Assembly: GCA_964057225.1 (NCBI GenBank)
Contig: OZ059899.1
Location: forward strand, 12,896,001-12,960,000
DNA length: 64,000 nucleotides
From: Auanema rhodensis
Lineage: Eukaryota > Animalia > Nematoda
Direction of reading: 5' to 3'
Shown here: piece after piece, positions 1 through 12,953 of the stretch
Layout of the letters: every line of letters starts with the position of its first letter
Numbering within the stretch: position 1 is the stretch's first letter
Translations under genes and position numbers: made by a program
Notes under the pieces: generated by a model
Databases searched by the model: none
What the model was told of the DNA's origin: nothing
What the model saw: the letters and a program-made list of their open reading frames with translations, nothing else

Positions 1-3000
1 GCAAGCAGAAAAAAACTGTGCAATCTGTTAGCTTTTGGAGGAAGCAGCACTTCTGATTGCCAGGGAGAGAAGGGGAGGGAATATGCAAGAGCGAGAGAGA
101 GGGAGAGAAAGGGAGAGAAGGAAAGCGGGCTGGAAAGAAGAAGAATGGAAAAAGATAGGAAGGAAAGGCCAGACAATAGAGAAGTAAACAAATGAAGGAT
201 TATTAATATTATTAGAGATGATGAAAGTACGAAATTATTCGATGTGAACGGTAGTGAATTTGAGTTCAAGGGAATAGAAGTCTTCGAAAGTACGTCAACA
301 GTGCAAAGAGCTTGTATTCGGTACGATGTCTGAAGAGGAAACGCCTGCAGATTGAACAAATAGATGTGAATGGTGAGAAGCAGAAAAAATGGAAATCTCA
401 GCTGAATAGGTGGTCTATTGATTTTCAAAGTCATTTTATATCAATATTTTTTGCAATTTAACCAAATACTGTATAAAAATCATAAAACAGTGATAGCTAA
501 AGAAACAAAACGTAAATTAGGAAATATTGATGAACTACTTTCACTACTATTATTTCTATCATTTAGTAGACAGCTTGCAAACTTGCTGAAGGAAAAGCAG
601 ATGGTGAGTTTTGGAAGATATCATATGGGACTAATTAACAGCAAAGAAGGCAATATGATTATATAAGAAAAGATTCGATCAAACAGAGATAAAACATCGC
701 AAATATGAATAATAAAAAAGGTGGGGGGGTGCGAGAAATATTAGCACAAATTCATTTGAACAATAAAACCGTTGCTTAGAAAAATGTTTGACAAGAATAA
801 AAAAAAAGGTTGTAAAGATAGATAATCAGTATCGTAGCAGCGCTAAATTTCATAGAAAAACTTGCACTGCTAATATCAAGGAATAATCAATATTGTTGGG
901 CATTTGGTCAACTTTTCTCAGATCCATAATAGAAACCAAGAACAATAAGCAATATACAAAAAAACAATAACAAAACGTAGACATGCTTCTTTAATAGAAA
1001 AAAAAGAAATTCAACTAGAAAACAGTTCTAGATTTTCGGAAATATAATGGAAACTTTTTGTGTCGTCATCGTCATCAGTAATTGGCATTCATCATCACAA
1101 AGTGATTAATCAATGATTATGGGAACAAATAATTGATACGAATAATAGGATAAGAACCAAATCAAAGAGAAGTTGCATATGCAACAACTGGACGTCTGGA
1201 GGATGATAATTTATATTTCGATTTTTCTTCCGTAGGCTCTCACCCTTAAGACTTGCTCCATTGGGAATAATGTCTATCTGGCAAATGCCCTTTTCCTTTT
1301 TACGATTTCAATAACGCATACATGCAAGCTAGATCAACTATGTAGCAATTTGTAAGATGTTCAAATAGGCATATAAAACAAAGATTGCGGAGGTACGTAA
1401 ATCATTTAAAAACCTCAAGTGTATAGTGAATACTTATCAAATATCATGAACTTGAGTTTGTGAAGAAAAACACTAGCCAAACTGAATAATACGGAAAGTA
1501 CCCTTAATTAATCCAGAAAAGATACTCCGCCTTTCCCCAGAGAACCAGAAAAAAACGAAGGCGATTAAAATAATACGAAAACAAAGTTAAATGGAAACGG
1601 GAAAAAGCATACCTCAATTTAAATTGGAAAATAACAAATACATTCAAAAATAGACGCCGAAAAGTAAAATGCAACCACACGTTCAACTGCGACTGAAGAA
1701 AATGGCAAACAAAGCGTATGGCAGCTGACGTAAACTACGTGAACTTCGAAATTATTCTAATGCATTAGCAACGTGACGTGAAGTAAAACATGTTAGCTCA
1801 TAGGATATCCCTATGCTAATCATTTGTTTGCAATGATGACGACGAGGACGACAACGGAGAAAGATGAGATGCTGATGATGATGAGGGTGATGATGGCGAA
1901 AAAGAAAAAGAATACGGAGAAGAAGAAAGATCTGCTACAGCAGGAGCTAGACAGTTAGTCAGGCTATTGACTTGCTTCTGCATATGCCGGAGGGTAGAAT
2001 TGAGATGATGAGACGATGAAGCATAAGATGAAAAGAAAAAAGAGGAAAAGAAAGAGAATGCTTAGAATAGCGGCAGGGTGATAGACTGATGTTCTACGAT
2101 CAGACAAAGAGTGAAGTGCAGTCGAATTCTATCCAGAATACAGATGAATGAAGAGATGAGGAATGCGGAAAGTCGAACGTACACAGAATGATTCCGCCCG
2201 CGCGTGGTGAGGCAATACTGTTCTGATGATGGAGGAATAGAGCAGAAGATGATTAGGAGCAAAGTTAGCCAAGCAACCAAAGCCGAAAGCTTTAAGATGG
2301 TGGACGAACAAGAGGTGAAATAGAAATAGACAGAAGAATGTTAGTCGCAGAACAGACGCAGAAGCACAGAGAGAATGAACAAAGTGTCAAGAGAATATGA
2401 GTAAACAGTTGAAGATCCTGACTGGCAAGAGATGCATATAGAGCATTAGTTGGGTCACACAAGTGCCAACTATCACATCCAATCTCATCCTTCGCTGCCG
2501 TCGTCGGCACGCAGACAGAGTACGAACGAGCAAGAGAAAAAGGCAAAAATACAGAGGGAGAACACAAGGATAGAATAGATTGAGAGAGAAAGAGTAGAAA
2601 GAGAAGTCATTCCATATTCTTTTTTTTTCTCACTCCTCCTCTTGCACACATGCATTCTAGCACACAAACACTCACACGCTCATACATCCAGTTCACAACT
2701 CAATGAAATTCTGTCTAGCTATTCTGATGGAGGTCATAGTATTTATATAAAAATGATATTTTTGCCAAATTTAAGATTTTGCATACAACTTGTTATAGAA
2801 TTTCGAGTTAAGCTTTGAAATTTGACATAAGTTTTTGAGTTGAATTGAACAAATGCAACAAGGAACTCAAGATAGAGGAAGAAAATGCCAAAGACATCAT
2901 ACAACTTTTTAAGGTTTGGAATGAAACATTGTCTACATGTTAGAGGAAATAATGTTTTTTCTATTCTAAAAACAGATACATGCTGTGAACAGTGAAGATA

Positions 3001-3671
3001 GACATAGAGATCTAAAAATAGTGGTGGGTCCACGAACTGTGTGACAGAGGAAAAAAGATATTTCTTGCAGTTATGGTGTGTTGTTGACGTCAACCTAGTT
3101 GTAAACTATTGTTTTCCAAATAACTTTAATGAGAAAAAGTAACAAAGACCAAGGAAACATAGATGATATTGATTGTGTTGAGGACGTTCATGGCAGATAG
3201 CCCCTGGAAACTTGGGAAGCAAAAGGGAGACTAACAGTGGAATAAAGGACGAAAAAGAGTGACTGAAAAGAAGATACATATGAAGGCACGGACGACAACG
3301 TTGACGACTTTGACGACAACTTGGGCTATGTAGACGGCGTCGAAGGCAAAAAGAGGAAGGGAAGGCGAAGAGAAAGGACCAGAAATAAGAGTTTGATGAT
3401 GGCGGTGACAAGCAGTTTTGCCGAAATAAATGTTTTGCTCCTATTCGACAAAACATCAAATATGTGATTGGAGCTGCTAAAGTTGAAAACTGCTTGAGAT
3501 TCAGTCGCAAAAATAGATATAACTAATGGGTATTGTGATAAGCAGAGAGATTTTCAGATGATAAAGGCTTAAGGAGTTGGAAATCTGCAAAGCTTGAAGA
3601 TTCATTTGTAAATGAGTTTTATTATGTATTTGATTTGCTCTCAACACGCACATTCGATTTCCGAATCTCAT

Positions 3672-3700
3672 GTGTGTTTGTGTGTGTGTGTGTGTGTGTG
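3672..3700. repeat. (TG)n microsatellite
   Basis: Direct inspection. Confidence 0.9.
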
Positions 3701-4693
3701 TTCTTTCAAAATTATCATTCTTTTTCATTTGAAGAATTGAAAGCCACATTCAAACGTATTTATTGGCTTCAAGTTCGGACGAAAAAAATGGAGATATCAT
3801 ACATCTTGTCTCAATTCAAAATCAAAATTCGTCTCCTGCAAGCCGGCTTGTATAACTGTGTTCAGTAGTTGGAACATTTGAGCGGAAGAAGAAAGGGGAA
3901 GGGGGTTAGTAGAATTGGAAGATAGTTTCGATTTTGGACAAAACTTGACCCCACCAAGCTTGGTCATAACGATGCATAAGAGAAAGAAATTTTTCATTGA
4001 ATCAATGAAGACAAGCTTTATTTCAAAACTGCCGAGCATGAGCAGACAAAGAATAAAAATGTGAATAAAGAAGAAGAAAAAAATCAAATACAAGTATATC
4101 ATTTTACTTGAACTTCATGTATAATCAGCAGAGTCATTATCATCATATATACAGAATAAAATAGGAGCAAAATTTGAAAATTAGGAAGCAATAGGTATAC
4201 AGACAGGTAGAGAGACTGTATTGTGGGCTAGTTAGTTAGATATGCATATATATATTATATTATATACATATACATGCATGTATATGTATATGTATAGTAG
4301 ACAGATAGATAGAGGGTTAAGAGAGGACGAAGAGAAACAAAGAGAGAAGAGAGAGACAGAGAAAAGCGTTTCGTTCACATGGTTTCGAATCATAATTCAG
4401 GCCTAATCATTCACTAACCGAACACCGTCATCATCTGATTTGACAACTTTTACTGATATCATCATCATACCTTTCGATCGAACAGATCATTTTGTATATA
4501 AATAAGAGAATAAAACCAAAAGACTGTAGATTATATAAATATAGTTAAGACTATTATTAGAAGTTTAGAACTGTTAGTGTTTTAACAATAAAAGAAAGAG
4601 AAAAAGAGAGAGAGAGAGAAACAAAGAAATATGTATAAAAGGAGTGAAATGATTTCTGTGTGAAAAAAAGAAAGAATGGGAGAGAAAATGATT

Positions 4694-4698
<5 letters not shown>

Positions 4699-4730
<32 letters not shown>
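4699..4730. repeat. (AG)n microsatellite
   Basis: Direct inspection. Confidence 0.95.
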
Positions 4731-4740
<10 letters not shown>

Positions 4741-4981
4741 AACGAGAGGAAGATGATACAATACTTCGAGATATATAAGAGATTATGAGGGTGTACGAAT
4801 TTTGTTGAGAGAGCTGAACACGGAAAGAACACTAAATTCGAACAATTTTTTTCGGAATTAAATATAAATGAAAAGAAGAATATAATAAAGTGACGAAGAT
4901 ATGAGCTAGATAATCACTATCTAACTATCGTCTTCCTGTCTATGCCAAGAGAATTTAACGGAAAAAGGGGAAAATAATCGG

Positions 4982-7900
4982 TTATAATCCAGCGCAGTTA
5001 ATATGACTAGGATAATTGAAGACTTCAAAATCCAAATTCAATCGTTCTCGACGTTCTGTTCGTAAATATCCGACTGATATGCTGGTGTTGTAAGCACGTA
5101 CGGCTTCGGCTCCGCATTTATTCAGCAGCCTCCGAATGGTACACAATCGCATCTGAAATATACATGAATTAGCTCATTTTCTTGAAACTCAACTTCAATT
5201 TCAATGGAAGAGGCGTATGATTTGAAATATGGCGAGAGTGAGAAAAGAGGCGTTTTTTTTGAATATTGATCCGTATATACATTATATAAGGAAAATGGAT
5301 GAAAATATGAAAGAAAAAGTCTATTTGATGAGCCTTTTACCGCCTTTCTTAAGTGAACTCTGGAGCTAGCTGGCATACAAAAAACGATTGTGAGATTACA
5401 TTTCAAAAATGGAGAATGAGCGGAAAAAAGAAAATGTTGAAATGATTGAATACATGAAGCTGCAGGATTTTCTTGTGATTTTCTAAAATTAGATTTGGTT
5501 GTAGTGAATAATTAGCACATAGGCGGAAGGGATATCAATGAAAACGCGTTATGGACTCCAGTAAAACAAAGTAGAATAGGAAAATCATTTGTCAAGCAGT
5601 GTCGATCTATTTCTTCTTCTTTTCTCTATCTGCTCTTCTACTGCTGGCTGATGTGGCTGACCACATCGGGCCATCCAACAATCCAACACATCAAGTATTC
5701 TTTTGAAGCAGTGCTCTATTGCCGTTGCAAAGGATTGTTTTTGTCCTAAGGGAATGGTAAAAGGAATAACACATATGAGAAATGGGTGAAATAAGCATAG
5801 AACAAGTTAAAGGAAGAAAGAGGAAGAAGAAATATATAAAATGCTCTCATGGCTTTTTCCCAAACATCACTTGCACGAAAAGTTTAGTTGTTAGTACTGC
5901 TCAGAGAGAAAGAGTAACAGAACGAGAGACAGAGGGAAGAAGGTATGGAATAAGTTCAAAGTTCTGCAGGAAAATAGGCAAAAAAAGGAAGCAATTCCCA
6001 TTCCAATTTCTAAATTTTCTTCATTTTAATTAACGAATTTCTTTGTTGAATCTTCTCCTTTTGAATCTATTTGTCTGACTCTCTTCCATGTTTCATTGGT
6101 TCAAATACATACATCCTGCATGAAACAGCATGTCCAGCTCCTTTTCTCTTTTACTTTCGGTCTGTCTAGACCGATTTAATTTTACAAACAGAATGGAATT
6201 TTCAAAAAATCAATATCCCTAGCTAGAGCTAATGGTCGAGCTAAAAGGCTCGTTTTTAATTAGCATAGGTAATTCGGTCAACTAACCCCAACAGGAAAAC
6301 GGTCGCTTTCTATTTTTCAGGCCATGGAGGGAAAAGTAAGCAAAAAAAAATTTAAAAAGCACATGACATGTGCCTTTGAGAGATTCTGTGAGAACGGAAA
6401 ATGGAGATTGAGTGCAAGAGAGCAAGAGGGGGATAGAGAGAAAGAGAAGGAAAGAGAATGAGCAAAAAACGGGAAAGAGGAAGAAATACATAGAGGAGCA
6501 GATTCCATAAATCATGAAACATGCATCAGCTTCTTCGACTTCTTCTATGTGGTGGCAATAGCCATTTTTCCTTAATAGGAAGTATCTTTGGGCCCATCTT
6601 CAAGCATCCAAAGATCTGCATTTGTATGGAACCATTGACAAACGATAAATTTATTTTTGGCCCTCAATGCTGCATATAGAGCAACAAAATTTTTTATTTT
6701 TGGCATAAACAGAATAATTTGAAGAAGAGGTCAATGAAATAGTGAATTAAAAATCAGTTTAAATAAAAATTGTAGACTAACCGTTTTGAATTTTCCACAT
6801 TTCACGCCTTCCAATTGGGTAATTTGTTTCATTGTTCGATGGAATAGAGGCCTTCCGGAGCTTTTTTCATCTCTTCAAAATCAATACAATAAAAATAGTT
6901 GTTAAACAAAGAAAACATGCTGATAAGATAATTCTGAAACTTACTCTGGTAATCGCTTAATTGTTTGAACAGCATTATCATAGATTGTTTCAATTTGCTC
7001 GTTTATACGCTCTCGAGTAGTGAAATATGAATTTACGAGCTGAAAATATTTTGAATTATCTTGAACTTTCAACTCATCTAATGAAAAGCATGTTTTAATT
7101 AAAAAATATTTTAATTGTCTTAATATAGAAAATTAAATATTATATTTTTAAATCCAAAATAAACATATTCAAATTGGACAAGAAAATCATTTTGTTTATT
7201 TTTGATTATACACTAATGCGATGCGGTTGTATTCATGCTCGATATGTTTGCGTCATAATCTTATTATTATTATTAGTATTAATATTAATATTATTATTAT
7301 TATTATTATTACTTAAATTATTAAATATACACATAGTATATATATACATGTTTTTTAACTTATCAAATTCTTATCATATGTCAACATTAAGTTTTTTTCT
7401 ATTTCATAGTTTCTAATCTAATATTAGACTCACGTCTGCACAAGGTGCCATCCATCTGGCTACGTCAGTTCCAATACATGGGTAAACTGTCGTTACATAT
7501 GATGGAGAGCTGCATTCTTTTTCAAACATCAAACTAAAAAAAAATCGTAATGATTAATGATAATGCTCTGCTTATGATCAATGACGTACCGATGATTACC
7601 AATCGTTTTTAGGTCCTCTATCCGTTTTACAGTCATTTCATGACCTTCGAATTCTGATCCACATTCTAGTTGCTTTTCATGTTTTAAACAAGCCTGAAAA
7701 AAAAGTTTTATTTCAAATATTTATTATTATTATTTGCAATTGTAGTCACGTATTTGGAGACACTTTTAAAGAAATACTGGTACTGTCTAGCAGGAATTTA
7801 TAAAAAAAAAACAAATGACGAGGACGATGATGATGATGATCAGTAACAAAGCACCTTATGAGTGATTCGAAAGAATTCACAATTAAAAAAAATTTTTTTT

Positions 7901-8216
7901 AATGATCTTATATATGTACCTGTTGAGAGACTTGTTGCATATGGCTATTAGGCAATGTCATGAAGATGGCTATAAATTGCTTCATTCCAGCTTTTTGCAG
8001 CCACAAAGCGCTTTCTGGATTAGCATTTCTGAAAGAAAATTAAGATAATATAGATTTATAACATTATAATTCTTTCATATGAATAGAATAATTATAATAT
8101 TTTTCTAAAAATAAGTGAGAAAAAAACAAAACCTCACGACAGTTGATTCGATTGCAGTTGTCCAATTCTGATCGATATTGTTACATTTTTCTAGACCATC
8201 CAAATAATAATTACTT
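4982..8216 (-). CDS. Uncharacterised nematode Cys-containing protein (multi-exon; 5' end unresolved, probable extra exon 10354-10487)
   Basis: Seven phase-consistent GT-AG exons: 8216-8133, 8028-7920, 7693-7590, 7533-7434, 7039-6945, 6872-6782, 5152-4982. They read ...ACLKHEKQLECGSEF...KECSSPSYVTTVYPCIGTDVARWMAPCAD...KCGKFKTMRLCTIRRLLNKCGAEAVRAY...HINCAGL*. Confidence 0.7.
7261..7311. repeat. Imperfect (TTA)n repeat in intron
   Basis: Direct inspection. Confidence 0.8.
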
Positions 8217-9742
8217 CTGGAAAAACAAAAAAAAAGAATATTTCATATACTATAATCATATTTTATTCATTTTTCGTATTTTTTTTCGTTTGTAATATAG
8301 AATGATTGGCTTATTAGCTGTGCTTTTGATGTTGTTTCATTTGTTGCCATCGTTTCATTATTCATGAAAAATCTTCATAATTGTTCGCATGATTTCATGC
8401 AAACGACGATGTTGAAGAATACAACATTTCTTTTTAAACTAATGATTCACACAAAAAAAAAGGAAAAGAAAATTGTTTCGGCGTGTTAGGCTTTTGTACC
8501 TGATCACGAGAAATTTTCTCCTTTTCGATTTTTTTGTAAAAATTACAAGGTATCATCCTGTAATTTTTAAAATTAGTGAACCATCATCGTTCGTATTCGT
8601 CACAGTTTTTCGTTTCTAACTACGTCTCATCCAATTCTCCCCTAATTTACTTATTCTGAGTTCTTTCCTTCTAACCGGGCATGCAGCATGCACATATGAC
8701 AGAAGTTAGATCGAAAACTTTTTGCTGTAGCAAATGTTGATGCTAACGAACTCTGCGAGCCATTCGACCATATTAATCAACCGGTTATTCTTCCATCGTT
8801 TAAAATTCCGATAATATGATATGGTTTTGTACTTCTACTAACATCTTTCGATGATTCTTTGATTTATTTTGGTATTTGATTCCATTTTTTCTAAAATTAA
8901 AGAAAAGAAACACATTTAAGCCATGCTTTGGCCAGAACTTGGTAAAGAGAGAATGAGAGAAAAAAAATTATTAAAGCATGAATGTTTCAAACGAAATAGT
9001 TAGAGAGAGTAGAGAAAACAGAGAGGATCAACCTGTAACCATTTTCGTTATTATTACATTTTTTGACAATATAAAAGATCATATGAATGACGTAGTGATT
9101 TCATGATGAACGACACCCTCACCTTCATCACCACCATCATCATCATCATCATCAACGTGGTGGTGAAAGAGTAGTGGTGGCAGTGAAGACGATGTCAACG
9201 ATTTTTAACTATCAAAGTCGCTGCAAACAAACGCAGTAGAAAGAAACGAAACGAAGAAGGAGAAGAGACATCAGCTGGTGGTCGAACGAAGACGAATTAA
9301 CAATGAAGAATTGAAGACATATTACACACCATAAGACAACTCTATCGACTGTTTTTACTAGCGTTTCATTTTTCCATAAATGGAAGATACCTGGCTACTT
9401 TTCGATTCAACACCACAACTAACCCCTTCAATCTCTAACCGCATTACGAACTTTTACTTCATCATATTCATCATCAGCGCATGAAATATACAGTGAAATG
9501 AACAGTTTATATGAGAAATTAGTCTGTTTTTAGCATATAAATACCATTTAAATAGATTTTGATTTTTAAAACTATTCATGAAGAACAGTTTATTAATAAG
9601 TTTTCTCAAAATAGATCAGAGAATACGTCTTATCTCAGAAAAAAAACATTGTCGACATATCTGTTGATCATTCAGATAAAAACATTGTGTATCTGATGTT
9701 TCCGATCTGTTCACCATTGCTTTTTTTATGAAGAAAGGTTGG

Positions 9743-9745
<3 letters not shown>

Positions 9746-9832
<87 letters not shown>
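9746..9832. repeat. Long perfect (AG)n microsatellite
   Basis: About 43 uninterrupted units. Confidence 0.97.
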
Positions 9833-9835
<3 letters not shown>

Positions 9836-11527
9836 GGGGGGCTTCGAAAATAAGACTACGCAAAATTCAAGAGACCAATATATGAACAAAGCTATCCGTG
9901 ATCACTGCTCGGAAAATCATTAAAACTTGAGTAGTCAATTCGAATCTTCGTAAATCAGATTTCTCTCAATAACCACGTGCATAACATCATGATTGTCACG
10001 ATTCTATTATAAATGTTTCTCTTATTCTATTAAGATTTGATAAATTTCTTAATAAGATAATTACATATGACATAATTATTTTCAACAAAGTAACTTCTGT
10101 CTTATTAAAAAGAGAAAAAAAATTAAATCAAATGATACAGAGGGAGAGAAAGAAGAAAAGAGAGAGAAAGAGAGAGAGAGAGAGAATTTAACAAAATCTT
10201 AAGAAAATGGTTAGTTTCATCGAAAAGGAACATTTTTTGGACATCAATTTCAACTAACTAATTGAACATGAGAGGCAAATTAAAAAATTGAAAAATGAAG
10301 CGAAATGACCGTATATTGAACAAGAAATAGAAAATGAAGAATGAAAATATTACCTGAGCTTTTCATCTTCGACTCCAGCAATCTTACTCATGTATTCATT
10401 TCTAGCTGAAATTAATCGAATTTCTGTTGATTTTTCCATGACTTTCATAAACTTTTTAGCAAATTTTTCACTTTCTACTGAGAAGAAGGAAATATTTGAG
10501 AGAAAAAGAGAATGAGCAGGGTATGAAGAACTAATTTTTGATTCTATATTTAGGTCATTAAAACATATCCACATAGTATTAATAGATAGATATATATATA
10601 TGTATAAGAACAGTTATTATACATTATATTTATTAAAATACAGAAAAATTAATAGAAGATTTAGTTGTTTATGAAGACAAAATATGAGGTCTTCATCTTC
10701 ATTTTCTATAAGTATTGTTGTTAGAATGTTGGATAATCCGTTGAATATCATAAGAAAATGATAGATTATGCATGTATTGAAAAAAGAAAAAGAAGAAGAA
10801 GAAGAGAAAAGAAGAAAAAAACGATTTTTTATGTTTTCAATTGATAATTCAAACATTGAAATCCAAAAATGAAATTAGATTTTGCACAGTTTCTGAACAT
10901 TTTTGTATATTATGTGAATGGTATAGATGAAATAGATATGAATATTCTATAGAAATAAAGTAAAGAATAACTTAGAAAGAATACGAATGATGCTGTAGTT
11001 TGAATCTTCCTAAGCTGTTTCTCTTAACACTTCGATAGATATCCAATAGCATTCACAGAAGATACATAGAACATCATGTACATCTTCTAGTTCTCATCTC
11101 GTTGTTGGACATTTATAGAAACAGTCTTTATAAAGTATGATGATTTCCTTTATATTATTATAGAAAATGATTATAGAAGAATAATAGAGATACTTATTAC
11201 AGATAATAGGTAATAGAGATTAGTGCTTGTGTTTTAGACACTATAGATTTGGTTCAATCTAATGATTCACAGATATCTATTGAGAGAGTAATTATAAGAT
11301 AGAGAGAGAGAGAAAGCAGGATTAACATATAAGTATGAAAGAGGAGGGGAATTAAGATAGCTGATTGAATTTTGCTTGAAATCTGATGATGTGATATGAC
11401 ACAGGAGGCATAAGGTCTCTTTCTCGGTGTCTATTCATACCACTTCAACCATCTCTCACATTTAACCCTGCATTGCTACACTTTTAGATTATATTAATAT
11501 GGAAATATATATATTTTATCCTTCTTG

Positions 11528-11628
<101 letters not shown>

Positions 11629-11903
11629 TTGATTCCTCAATACACCTTCCTCTATATTCCTGCTTTCCCTCACTCTAGACATAACATCACTCTCATCCTC
11701 AAGTTTTCTTCTTCCGTTTATGAAAATCTATCGTGCTCTATCAGCTCCGCCCACCTTGTTGGCCGATGTGACGAGCTTCTATCAGCTGGCTTTCATCAAT
11801 AGCCTTATAGATCCAAGCGGAGCTGGCCGGTGTCGTGCTCAGAATCAGATAGCCCACCACGGCGATCATCATCGTTGGACATCTGTTCTTAATCATTGTC
11901 ATT

Positions 11904-12908
11904 ATGGCTCCGCTCACAGCACCACAGATTCCGATATTATTATCAGCTAATACGTCTCCACTATCGTCAGCAGCTAGCTCTAGATATTCTAAAATGACGA
12001 CAACGACATCAAGTAACGATGGTAGTAGATACTCACAACGTCAAGCAGCGACAACTACTTCGTTGAAGATGGGCACACGAAGAAGTACAGCTACTACAAC
12101 GACGACAACATCAACGACGACCGACTCGATCGCTTCAGATGATCCGCCCACCAAGGTCGTACAACAGATGCACCGCCCCTACAGGACGATTTCCGGTACA
12201 GTCAACCTTTTTTGGAACGCCTCCTTTTTTACCCTATCATACACACACTCTCTCTCTATCTCTTTCCATATGATTATTCATTTATAGTATTCCATCCCCC
12301 CCCCCCACAATACTTTCTTTCCATAATTCTCTGTCTCTCTCTCTTCATAAATGTGGAATCTTTGGACGACGTGTTGTGAATCACACATCACGAACTAAGC
12401 TAAGAACAGACACGAGGGTCAACTGTCTCTCATGTTCAAAAATAATAAAATCGTTCAAAGTTAACTGTTGCTTTCCAGTCATCGTTGGTATATCATATTA
12501 CTCTTTCATTAATAACAATTTCGATTATTTGTCATCATACACTGAAACTGTTCCTGCATTTTCTACAAAATGTCTGTCTTTCCCGAGACTTCTCGATCTA
12601 ACATTTTCCTTTTCCAACACCAAATCTTTTCGTCATCGTTTTCAACCGTTTTTGGTTGAAAATGATTGGAAGGAAAGAGAAAGAATGGATCAAGATTATA
12701 CTCTCTCGTTATATCAAACTGAATATATAGCTGAGAAATAGAAAGACAATGGACTACAGATTCGGAAAGCGAGACAGACGCTGAAATCGAGGGGTTGGGG
12801 GGGGGGGGGGGGAAGGTTGAGAAAAGGGGAATTGATAAAACTGTGAAAACAGGAAAAGGGAAATATGGGTTGTGATTGTTTGTAGTCTAAGAGGGAGAGA
12901 AAATGGTC

Positions 12909-12953
<45 letters not shown>

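Noticed and set aside
1-344. Possible minus-strand exon after CTGCAG (AFPLQTSYRIQALC...)
   Set aside because: No partner exon or homology; it runs into CT-rich low-complexity sequence
418-4832. Many 60-130 aa ORFs in the first 5 kb, including the signal-peptide-like ORF 2062-2280
   Set aside because: Low-complexity and mostly non-ATG starts, with no consistent splice chain. ORF 2062-2280 has an upstream in-frame stop and no ATG or acceptor.
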